Shown piece by piece: positions 56,891-64,000 of a stretch of 64,000 bases of DNA. Both the position numbers and the translations under genes were made by a program. The notes beneath the pieces were generated by a model. The model saw only the letters and a list, made by a program, of their open reading frames with translations. It made no database searches and was not told the origin of the DNA. Position 1 is the first letter of the stretch; each line of letters starts with the position of its first letter. Source of the DNA: an uncultured Planctomycetia bacterium (GTDB lineage Bacteria > Omnitrophota > Gorgyraeia > Duberdicusellales > 4484-171); contig CAYVYJ010000005.1 of NCBI GenBank assembly GCA_964455085.1, positions 21,239 through 85,238 on the forward strand. Reading direction: 5' to 3'.

Positions 56891-58246
56891 TTATTTTCTC
56901 CCCTTAAGGGTGCCACCTTTGATAAAACCGTCGTAGTTGCGGACAAGCAATTGTCCCTCAATCTGTTTCATGGTGTCCAAGATCACTCCAACCATAATCA
57001 AAAGGGTAGTTCCGCCAAAAAGTGAAACCAAGGCATAAGAAGGCACCTTAAACATATGCATAACAATGTTGGGAAAGATAGCAATAAAACCAATATAGAT
57101 AGCACCGATAAAAACAATTCGCGAGGCGACAAAATCAAGATAATTTGCCGTAGGCCGGCCTGGTCTTATTCCGGGAATAAACCCTCCGTATTTCTTCAAA
57201 TTATTACCTATCTCTAAAGGATTAAATACCATAGCAGTATAGAAATACATAAAAAACATAATCAAAGCAACAAAAATGAGGTTATACCACACTCCCCTTT
57301 GCTGGACTATCATCTGTAAGAAATTAATAAATGCTCCCTTTTGACGAAAAAACATTAATATTGTAGCTGGAAAAGAAATCAGGGCGCTAGCAAAAATTAT
57401 GGCAATTACTCCTGACATATCTATTTTTATCGGTAAGTAAGTACTCTGGCCGCCATAAACACGTCTACCAACAACTCTTTTTCCGTATTGAATCGGGATT
57501 CTCCGCTGAGCCTGCGTAAAGAGGACTACTGCCGTAATCATTGCGAAAAATAAGACTATCAAGGCAATTATTATCGGAGTGGGAATCTGTCGTTTGGAAG
57601 GATCAAAGGGAGAGTAAAGTATCCAAAGTTGGCTTAACGAAGAAGGGATACGCGAAATAATACTGGTAGTAATGATTATTGATATCCCGTTACCAATACC
57701 TCTCTCCTGGATTTGTTCTCCTAACCACATAACAAAAATTGTCCCACAAGTTAAGGTAAGTATAGTTATTAGCTTAAACACTAAACCGGGATTAGGAACT
57801 ATGATAATATTATTAAAATTCGCCGGATTCTCCAACCATAACGACAAGAATAATCCCTGGACCGCGCATAATGCAAAGGTAAGATATCTGGTATATTGGT
57901 TTATCTTTTCATAACCGGCCTTACCTTCTTTAGCAATCCGCTCAAGAGCTGGCAAGACTCCGGTAAGAAGCTGCATAATAATTGATGCGGAAATATAAGG
58001 CATGATCCCTAAAGAAAAGATGCTCAAACGAGTTAGGGCCCCACCAGTAAAAAGATTAACCATACCCAAGAGGCCCTGACCTTGAGTTTTAGCAAGCTTA
58101 TCAAAAAACTGGGTCAAAGCAAAAGTATCTACCCCAGCAGTAGGAATAAAACAACCTGCACGATAGACAATCAACAACGACAAAGTTATAAAAATCTTTC
58201 GCCTTAACTCCTTTATTTTAAATATATTACTTATCGACCCAAACAC
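56891..58246 (-). CDS. secY: Preprotein translocase SecY
   Basis: SIFSLGIMPYISASII.QLL, WLGEQI..RGIGNG.S, IPGIRPG, GGT.LLI.VGV. Confidence 0.97.
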   Translation of the reverse strand: MFGSISNIFKIKELRRKIFITLSLLIVYRAGCFIPTAGVDTFALTQFFDKLAKTQGQGLLGMVNLFTGGALTRLSIFSLGIMPYISASIIMQLLTGVLPALERIAKEGKAGYEKINQYTRYLTFALCAVQGLFLSLWLENPANFNNIIIVPNPGLVFKLITILTLTCGTIFVMWLGEQIQERGIGNGISIIITTSIISRIPSSLSQLWILYSPFDPSKRQIPTPIIIALIVLFFAMITAVVLFTQAQRRIPIQYGKRVVGRRVYGGQSTYLPIKIDMSGVIAIIFASALISFPATILMFFRQKGAFINFLQMIVQQRGVWYNLIFVALIMFFMYFYTAMVFNPLEIGNNLKKYGGFIPGIRPGRPTANYLDFVASRIVFIGAIYIGFIAIFPNIVMHMFKVPSYALVSLFGGTTLLIMVGVILDTMKQIEGQLLVRNYDGFIKGGTLKGRK

Positions 58247-58689
58247 TCTATGCGTCCTCCAGCGGCTTCAATCAGCTCTTTAGCTTTTAAAGAGAATTTA
58301 TCGACTTTGACCACTAACTTCTTGGATAACTCTCCTTCTACAACAGCCAAAACCTTAACCGGTTTCTTCTCGTCTTTTATTAAGTTCAGTTTCTTTAAGG
58401 CTTTAGGGGTGACTTCGCTTATGTCCTTTACCCGCTTCTGAATATCCCTTAAATTAACTATTTGATACTCTGTCTTCCGTAAGGGTGTAAAACCCCGTTT
58501 GGGAAGCACTCTGGTTAAAGGGAGGTTACCGCCTCTAAACCCAGCATAAGGAAGTTTTTTTCCTTTACGCTGGCCAGCTCCTTTGTGGCCCCGTCCAGAA
58601 GTTTTACCCCTACCGGTTCCTGCCCCACGACCTAATCGTTTGGGTTTTTTATTCTTTTTGCCTATTTTTTTAATATTTGATAAATCCAT
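58231..58689 (-). CDS. rplO: 50S ribosomal protein L15
   Basis: RLGRG.GTG.GKTSGRGHKG, PKRGF, IEAAGG. Confidence 0.95.
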   Translation of the reverse strand: MDLSNIKKIGKKNKKPKRLGRGAGTGRGKTSGRGHKGAGQRKGKKLPYAGFRGGNLPLTRVLPKRGFTPLRKTEYQIVNLRDIQKRVKDISEVTPKALKKLNLIKDEKKPVKVLAVVEGELSKKLVVKVDKFSLKAKELIEAAGGRIECLGR

Positions 58690-58691
58690 TC

Positions 58692-59165
58692 CTAACCCTT
58701 TAAACTCTTTAAGCCTTCAAAAGCCGCTTTAACCACATTTACCGGATTGGTTGAATTTTTTATATTCTTAGTCAAAATATCCTTTATCCCCGCGCATTCA
58801 CAAACTGCCCTTACCGGAGAACAAGCAATAACACCGGTTCCTTCTGCTGCTGGTTTAAACAAAATACCAACTGCGCCAAACCTTCCAACTACCTTGTGAG
58901 CAATGGTTGTTCCCTTCTTCTTAATAAGGGTCACTTCCTTTTTGGCCTTATTTATTCCTTTTCGTATAGCATCAGCAACTTCATTAGCTTTACCTAAAGC
59001 AAATCCAGCCCGGGATTCACCATCTCCGACAACTACTAGTGCTGTGAAACTTAAGTTTTTACCTCCTTTAGTAACCTTGGTGGTTCGATTTATAAAAAGA
59101 ACTTTTTCGATAAAGGCTTCCCCTTTCTTCTCTGCTTCTTTGTTCTCGTTCGGCTGGTTCCTCAA
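58692..59165 (-). CDS. rpsE: 30S ribosomal protein S5
   Basis: INR..KVTKGG, ALVVVGDG, PA.EGTGVIA. Confidence 0.95.
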   Translation of the reverse strand: MRNQPNENKEAEKKGEAFIEKVLFINRTTKVTKGGKNLSFTALVVVGDGESRAGFALGKANEVADAIRKGINKAKKEVTLIKKKGTTIAHKVVGRFGAVGILFKPAAEGTGVIACSPVRAVCECAGIKDILTKNIKNSTNPVNVVKAAFEGLKSLKG

Positions 59166-59515
59166 AACTTCAATCCTCCTTCTCTTGCACCTTCAGCTAA
59201 TTTTTTTACTCTTCCGTGGTATTTATAACCACCTCGATCAAAACAGACATTTTTAACCCCTAACTTTTGTGCTTTCTCAGAAATCATCTTACCCACCTCA
59301 TTGGCCCCTTCTTGATTAGTAGCCTTCATCTTCTTAGCCTTGAATTCCTTATGTAAGGTAGAAAATTCTGCTATTACTTTTCCCAAGGCATCATCAATTA
59401 TCTGAGCATAAATATGCTTTTTGCTCCTGAAAACTACCAGACGTGGCCGGGAGGCACTGCCCCTAACTCTATGGGCAATACTCTTGTGTCTTCTTTTTCT
59501 TCCTATCCGCTTCAT
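59162..59515 (-). CDS. rplR: 50S ribosomal protein L18
   Basis: RPRL.VFRS.KHIYAQIIDD, FDRGGYKYHGRV. Confidence 0.96.
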   Translation of the reverse strand: MKRIGRKRRHKSIAHRVRGSASRPRLVVFRSKKHIYAQIIDDALGKVIAEFSTLHKEFKAKKMKATNQEGANEVGKMISEKAQKLGVKNVCFDRGGYKYHGRVKKLAEGAREGGLKF

Positions 59516-60051
59516 TTCGCTAATGCCTTTCCTAACTTCTTGCGTACCTCTTCCCCGAGGTACCTTATGCCTTTGCCCTTATAGGGCTCAGGTGGGTATA
59601 TCCGTCTTAGTTTAGCGGCAAACTCACCGACTTTCTGCTTATCAATCCCCTCAATCACAATGCGGGTGGGGGCAGGAGTAGAAACCTTTAACTCTGGCAA
59701 TACATCTATCTCAACTGGATGGGAAAAACCTACGCTTAAAGAAAGTTTACTCCCTTTCATCTGAGCTTTGTACCCCACACCAATTATTTCCAGCTCTTTC
59801 TTAAACCCTTTAGTTATACCTTCAATCATATTAGCAATTAAAACTCGTATTGTTCCGTGAAGGCTCTTTAATTGCTTAGAATCATTATCTCGTTTAACCG
59901 TCAAAGTATCACCGGACAACTCTAATTTAATGCCATTGGGAATAACCAACTCTAATTTCTGTTTAGAGCCCTCCACAAGACAGGAGTTTCCTTCAATCTT
60001 AACTTTAATCTCTTTAGGCACTACTAATGGTTGTTTCCCTACTCGTGACAT
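59512..60051 (-). CDS. rplF: 50S ribosomal protein L6
   Basis: MSRVGK.P, GVGYKA, GFSHP, PEPYKGKGIRY; start at ATG 60051. Confidence 0.96.
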   Translation of the reverse strand: MSRVGKQPLVVPKEIKVKIEGNSCLVEGSKQKLELVIPNGIKLELSGDTLTVKRDNDSKQLKSLHGTIRVLIANMIEGITKGFKKELEIIGVGYKAQMKGSKLSLSVGFSHPVEIDVLPELKVSTPAPTRIVIEGIDKQKVGEFAAKLRRIYPPEPYKGKGIRYLGEEVRKKLGKALAK

Positions 60052-60056
60052 GGTAA

Positions 60057-60452
60057 TTACCAAATTATTCCGATAACTTCTCCACCAATTCCTTTTTCAC
60101 GAGCTACCCTTTCAGTAATAATCCCTACCGAAGTCGAAACTAAAGTTATTCCGTAGCCACCGAGAGCAGTAGGAATACTCTTTCTCTTAGCATAGACTCT
60201 TCTTCCCGGTGAAGAAACTCTCTCCAGCTGGCTAATAGCGCTGGCTTTCCCTTCATATTTCAAATAAACCTTTATTTTTTTAAATCTTTCCAGATCGACT
60301 TCTTTAAAATTTTCCAAATACCCCTCTTCTTTTAAAATTTCACAAATCCTCAATACGGATTTAGAGTAAGGAACATAAGCTTCATCTTTCTTTGCCCTTG
60401 CAGCATTTCTTATTACTGTAAAAGCATCACTAATTAAATCTGTTCTACTCAT
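60057..60452 (-). CDS. rpsH: 30S ribosomal protein S8
   Basis: D.I.D..T.IRNA, RVS.PGRRVY, STS.G, GGEV. Confidence 0.96.
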   Translation of the reverse strand: MSRTDLISDAFTVIRNAARAKKDEAYVPYSKSVLRICEILKEEGYLENFKEVDLERFKKIKVYLKYEGKASAISQLERVSSPGRRVYAKRKSIPTALGGYGITLVSTSVGIITERVAREKGIGGEVIGIIW

Positions 60453-60481
60453 ATCTAATACCTCTTAACTTATACGATTTT

Positions 60482-60676
60482 TTACCAGCTGGCTTTTTTT
60501 ACGCCGGGAATTAACCCCTGCCAGGCAAGCTGTCGGAAGCAAATTCGACAAAGTTCAAAATCCCGGATATATCCCCTAGGTCTACCACATAGACGACAAC
60601 GATTTTTATAACGGGTAGAAAATTTTGATTTTATCTTCTCACGCTTCCACTTCTCAATTTTAGCTGTAGTGGCCAT
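60482..60676 (-). CDS. rpsN: 30S ribosomal protein S14, Zn-binding type
   Basis: [10 protein letters not shown].....[15 protein letters not shown]. Confidence 0.96.
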   Translation of the reverse strand: MATTAKIEKWKREKIKSKFSTRYKNRCRLCGRPRGYIRDFELCRICFRQLAWQGLIPGVKKASW

Positions 60677-60677
60677 T

Positions 60678-61247
60678 CTACCTCCTAAAAGGAAACCCGA
60701 ACGACTTAAGCAGCTCCATTGCCTCTTCGTCGCTCTTGGCGCTGGTATTAATACAAATGTTCATGCCTTGAGTTCTACTTATCTTATCAAGGTTAAGTTC
60801 GGGAAAAATGCCTTGCTCCAGCAATCCAAAGGTATAATTCCCGTTTCCATCAAAAGATTTTGCCGAAAATCCCCTAAAATCACGAATCCGGGGCATTGCT
60901 ATTGTAATAAGACGGTCGAAAAACTCATACATCATATTCTTTCGTAAAGTCACACAACAACCTATGGCCTGACCCTTCCTTAGCTTAAAGTTGGATATTG
61001 GTTTACGGGAACGACATATCTTGGCCTTCTGCCCGGTAATTAAAGCCAGCTCCTCAGCTGCCTTCTCCGCAATCTTTGAGTCAGAAGTTGCCTCGCCAAG
61101 ACCCATATTTATGACAATCTTTATTAAGCGGGGCACAGCAAGGCTATTCTTATAATGGAGTTTTTCCCTAAGCTGTGGAATGATTTCTTCCCGGTAAATC
61201 TTAAGTAAACGTGGTGGTGGTTTTTTTTCTAAATTGGCCTCTGACAT
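60678..61247 (-). CDS. rplE: 50S ribosomal protein L5
   Basis: [30 protein letters not shown]; start probably ATG 61247. Confidence 0.96.
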   Translation of the reverse strand: MSEANLEKKPPPRLLKIYREEIIPQLREKLHYKNSLAVPRLIKIVINMGLGEATSDSKIAEKAAEELALITGQKAKICRSRKPISNFKLRKGQAIGCCVTLRKNMMYEFFDRLITIAMPRIRDFRGFSAKSFDGNGNYTFGLLEQGIFPELNLDKISRTQGMNICINTSAKSDEEAMELLKSFGFPFRR

Positions 61248-61543
61248 CTCTTGCAAATCCTTACCTTACTCTTATCATCGGATATTTTCACCCCAAATCT
61301 TATTCCTTTATTACAATTGCTACAAAATAAAGCTACATTGGAGCGGTTAATGCTTTGGGGGATATCTTTTATTCCTCCGGTCTCAGCCTCCGAGCGACGC
61401 CGGATGTGCTTTTTGACTAAGTTAACACCTTCAACAATCACCCGCTTCGACTTGGAATCAGCCTGTAAAACCTTACCAACCTTTCCCTTATTTCTACCAG
61501 CAATGACTGCTACCTTATCGCTTTTCTTTATTTCTAAGCCCAT
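61229..61543 (-). CDS. rplX: 50S ribosomal protein L24
   Basis: KOW motif V.VIAGR.KGK.GKV, VEGVN..KKH, SNV. Confidence 0.95.
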   Translation of the reverse strand: MGLEIKKSDKVAVIAGRNKGKVGKVLQADSKSKRVIVEGVNLVKKHIRRRSEAETGGIKDIPQSINRSNVALFCSNCNKGIRFGVKISDDKSKVRICKRCQRPI

Positions 61544-61546
61544 TGA

Positions 61547-61912
61547 TTATATCACCTCTGGAGCTAAAGATAATATCTTGCTAAATCTATCTCTTAACTC
61601 ACGGGCTACCGGACCAAATACTCTTGTTGCCCGGGGGTTACCTTGCTTATCAATGATTACGCAAGCATTCTTATCAAACCTAATCGCCAAACCATCCCTT
61701 CTCTTAATTGGATAGTGAGTTCTCACTACTACAGCCCTTACAACCTCTCCTTTCTTTATCGGGGCATTAGGTGCAGCTATTTTTACGCTAGCGGTAATCA
61801 CATCACCAATATCAGCATGATCCTTATTCTTCCTGCCAATGACACTAATAAAAGCAACTTTTCTTGCTCCGCTGTTATCAGCCACATCTAATTTACTTCG
61901 AAGATAAATCAT
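61547..61912 (-). CDS. rplN: 50S ribosomal protein L14
   Basis: [34 protein letters not shown]. Confidence 0.97.
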   Translation of the reverse strand: MIYLRSKLDVADNSGARKVAFISVIGRKNKDHADIGDVITASVKIAAPNAPIKKGEVVRAVVVRTHYPIKRRDGLAIRFDKNACVIIDKQGNPRATRVFGPVARELRDRFSKILSLAPEVI

Positions 61913-62148
61913 TTTATAATCTCAACTAATTTAAAATATTTATTTTTGGAAAAAGGACGTGATTCAATTATTCTTACTCTGTCGCCAACTTTTGCTTGGT
62001 TCTTGACATCATGGACCCGAAACTTTTTCTTCTTTGCCAGCGGTCGCTTGTACAGCTGATGTGAAAATTTCATTTTTACTAAAACCGTAATGGTCTTATC
62101 ACAGGCATCAGAAACCACCAGGCCTTCTAAAATTTTACCTTTTTTCAC
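61909..62148 (-). CDS. rpsQ: 30S ribosomal protein S17
   Basis: G.VVS...DKTITV, HD..N....GD.VRI.ESRP.SK.K. Confidence 0.95.
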   Translation of the reverse strand: MKKGKILEGLVVSDACDKTITVLVKMKFSHQLYKRPLAKKKKFRVHDVKNQAKVGDRVRIIESRPFSKNKYFKLVEIIK

Positions 62149-62338
62149 TATCAGCTCCTTGTTTTTGGTTTAAAACCGTAAAAATACGGGCAATATCTCT
62201 CTTTACCACTTTAAAAAGGTGTGGTTTCTCCACGCTGCTGCGGCGCTTGAATTGTAATTCCATAAGCTGTTTACTCAAATCCTCTAATTTATCCTCTAAT
62301 TCTTGTTTTGATAATCCCAGTAATTCTTTAGTTTTCAT
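62135..62338 (-). CDS. rpmC: 50S ribosomal protein L29
   Basis: KPH....KRDIARI.T; position between rplP and rpsQ. Confidence 0.93.
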   Translation of the reverse strand: MKTKELLGLSKQELEDKLEDLSKQLMELQFKRRSSVEKPHLFKVVKRDIARIFTVLNQKQGADSEKR

Positions 62339-62345
62339 CTCTTAA

Positions 62346-62756
62346 CTACCTTTTTCTGGTTACAAACATAGTTTTAAACGGTAACTTATAGGCAATCAAC
62401 CGGAAAGATGCCCGGGCATAATCCTCAGGAACCCCTCCTAATTCAAAAAGAACTTTACCTCTTCTTACAACCGCTACCCAGTTCTCAACTTCACCCTTAC
62501 CCTTGCCTTGCCGGGATTCTGCGGGTTTTTTAGTTACTGGTTTATCCGGAAAAACTCTTATCCAAAGCTTGCCACCCCTTCTCAGACGCCGAGTCAAAAT
62601 AATTCTTGCGGCCTCAATTACCGTATTTTTGAGCCATCCTACACCCAAAGCCTTTATCCCGTATTCACCAAAATTAACGGTAGAACCACTGACTGCAAGA
62701 CCCTTACGTCTTCCCCTTTGGGCCTTTCTGTATTTTACTCTTTTAGGAATAAGCAT
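62346..62756 (-). CDS. rplP: 50S ribosomal protein L16
   Basis: [37 protein letters not shown]. Confidence 0.97.
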   Translation of the reverse strand: MLIPKRVKYRKAQRGRRKGLAVSGSTVNFGEYGIKALGVGWLKNTVIEAARIILTRRLRRGGKLWIRVFPDKPVTKKPAESRQGKGKGEVENWVAVVRRGKVLFELGGVPEDYARASFRLIAYKLPFKTMFVTRKR

Positions 62757-62770
62757 AATTAATGTTTTTG

Positions 62771-63433
62771 CTATTCTTCTTCTCTAATCAAATAATGTCC
62801 TAATCTCTTCTCGCCCTTATAAATCCACACTTTAACTCCAATCGTACCGTAAGTAGTCTTGGCGATGTGAAATCCGTAATCTATATCAGCCCGAAATGTT
62901 TGCAGCGGTACTTTACCATACTTATAAGATTCTTTGCGCGCGATTTCTACTCCCCCTAAGCGGCCGGAACACTTTAGCTTTATCCCCTCACCACCAGAGG
63001 CAATCACTTGTTGTATCGCTTTTTTCATTGCTCTTCTGAAGTTTATCCGGCGAATAAGCTGGAATCCGATCATCTCCGCTACTAACTGTGCTTCTAGGGC
63101 CGGATCAATAACCTCTTCAACATCGATAATGATTTCTTTGTTGGTTAATCTATTCAATTCTGACTTTACCCGTTCGATATCTTGACCGCGTCTGCCGATG
63201 ATGACACCGGGACGAGAAGTTCGTATCCGGATTCTCACAATCCCCGAAGATACCCTTTCAATAATTATTGTTGCTACTGAACCCCGAGAATAACTTTTCT
63301 TGATATGTTCTCTTATCCGGATATCTTCCTCTAGGAACGAGGCAAATTCACTTTTCTTAGAAGAAAACCAACGCGAAAGCCAATCTTTGCCAAACCCAAT
63401 CCTTAGAATGTAAGGGTGAACTTTTTGTCCCAT
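62771..63433 (-). CDS. rpsC: 30S ribosomal protein S3
   Basis: [45 protein letters not shown]. Confidence 0.97.
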   Translation of the reverse strand: MGQKVHPYILRIGFGKDWLSRWFSSKKSEFASFLEEDIRIREHIKKSYSRGSVATIIIERVSSGIVRIRIRTSRPGVIIGRRGQDIERVKSELNRLTNKEIIIDVEEVIDPALEAQLVAEMIGFQLIRRINFRRAMKKAIQQVIASGGEGIKLKCSGRLGGVEIARKESYKYGKVPLQTFRADIDYGFHIAKTTYGTIGVKVWIYKGEKRLGHYLIREEE

Positions 63434-63437
63434 AACT

Positions 63438-63815
63438 TTACCTTGTTTTTACTCCTTTACTCATTTTCGTTTCTTTAATTAATTTTTCTGAACTTCCCAG
63501 CTCGATCAAAATGTGTGATGTACGTTTGCGTATCATTGTTGCCCGGCCAAAAGAAGCTGCTCGATATCGCTTTAAGGTTGGGCCGGGATTGGCTACAACT
63601 TTGGAGATAAACAGTTTATCTTCCTGGTATCCTTTATTCTTTGCATTAGCTAAAGCTGATTTTAATACCTTATTTAGGTAATAAGCACCTCTTTTATTAA
63701 TCAAAGTCAACTCCGAAATTGCTCCGGCCACCTTCTTATTCTTCACTAAAGCGATAACCGGTCTAACTTTTGTCGGAGAAATTCTAATATATTTTGCTTC
63801 AGCTCTGGCTACCAT
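63438..63815 (-). CDS. rplV: 50S ribosomal protein L22
   Basis: RISP.KVR.V, K.L.SA.ANA, GPTLKR, KRTSHI. Confidence 0.96.
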   Translation of the reverse strand: MVARAEAKYIRISPTKVRPVIALVKNKKVAGAISELTLINKRGAYYLNKVLKSALANAKNKGYQEDKLFISKVVANPGPTLKRYRAASFGRATMIRKRTSHILIELGSSEKLIKETKMSKGVKTR

Positions 63816-63826
63816 TTTCTCAAAAT

Positions 63827-64000
63827 TTACTTTTTAGCTATTGCTTTTTTAGCCTTTATTCCCCCGTGCTGCTTAAATGTCCGAGTGGGCACAAGTTCAC
63901 CCAAACGATGCCCAACCATAGCCTCGGTTACAAAAACCGGAACATGTTTCTTACCGTTATGCACAGCAAAGGTAAGACCCACGAACTCCGGATCAATCAT
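63827..64000 (-). CDS. rpsS: 30S ribosomal protein S19, 3' part (start outside the window)
   Basis: Manual translation ...[57 protein letters not shown]. Confidence 0.95.
   Translation of the reverse strand: MIDPEFVGLTFAVHNGKKHVPVFVTEAMVGHRLGELVPTRTFKQHGGIKAKKAIAKK

Noticed and set aside
2570-63185. Numerous plus-strand and alternate-frame ORFs in the track
   Set aside because: All are shadows of well-supported minus-strand genes, with no motifs of their own.
1-64000. Complete minus-strand co-orientation of genes
   Set aside because: Expected for a leading-strand region containing the ribosomal protein operons.

Overview
Low-GC bacterial chromosome segment; essentially every real gene is on the minus strand. 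Gene content (alpha2-type GlyRS, LpxL-ELM1 fusion, LPS genes, no rpmD, Mrp-linked group 4 hydrogenase) suggests an anaerobic diderm such as a PVC/Omnitrophota-like organism; this assignment is an inference. In transcription order (right to left): end of the S10-spc-alpha ribosomal cluster; an aminotransferase/aconitase-family/IDH/MDH/DLD/acyl-CoA dehydrogenase block interrupted by pilT; aroK-dprA-topA-xerC; a lipid A/LPS core cluster; a ~16 kb operon with a Rex operator encoding a membrane-bound, Mrp-coupled group 4 [NiFe]-hydrogenase headed by an AsrA/AsrB-like NAD(P)H module; housekeeping genes (glyS, ppdK, sigma factor, apt); tRNA-Arg(CCT); and a cobalamin riboswitch before btuF. The standout is the hydrogenase maturation cassette. 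It has no hypB/D/E/F. Instead it encodes HycI, a HypA lacking its zinc finger, a HypC domain fused to a HydE-type radical SAM enzyme, and a bona fide HydG, i.e. [FeFe]-hydrogenase maturases coupled to a [NiFe] enzyme. The intergenic spaces also hold several families of small hairpin elements, some of which duplicate or supply the RBS/start codon of the gene they precede.
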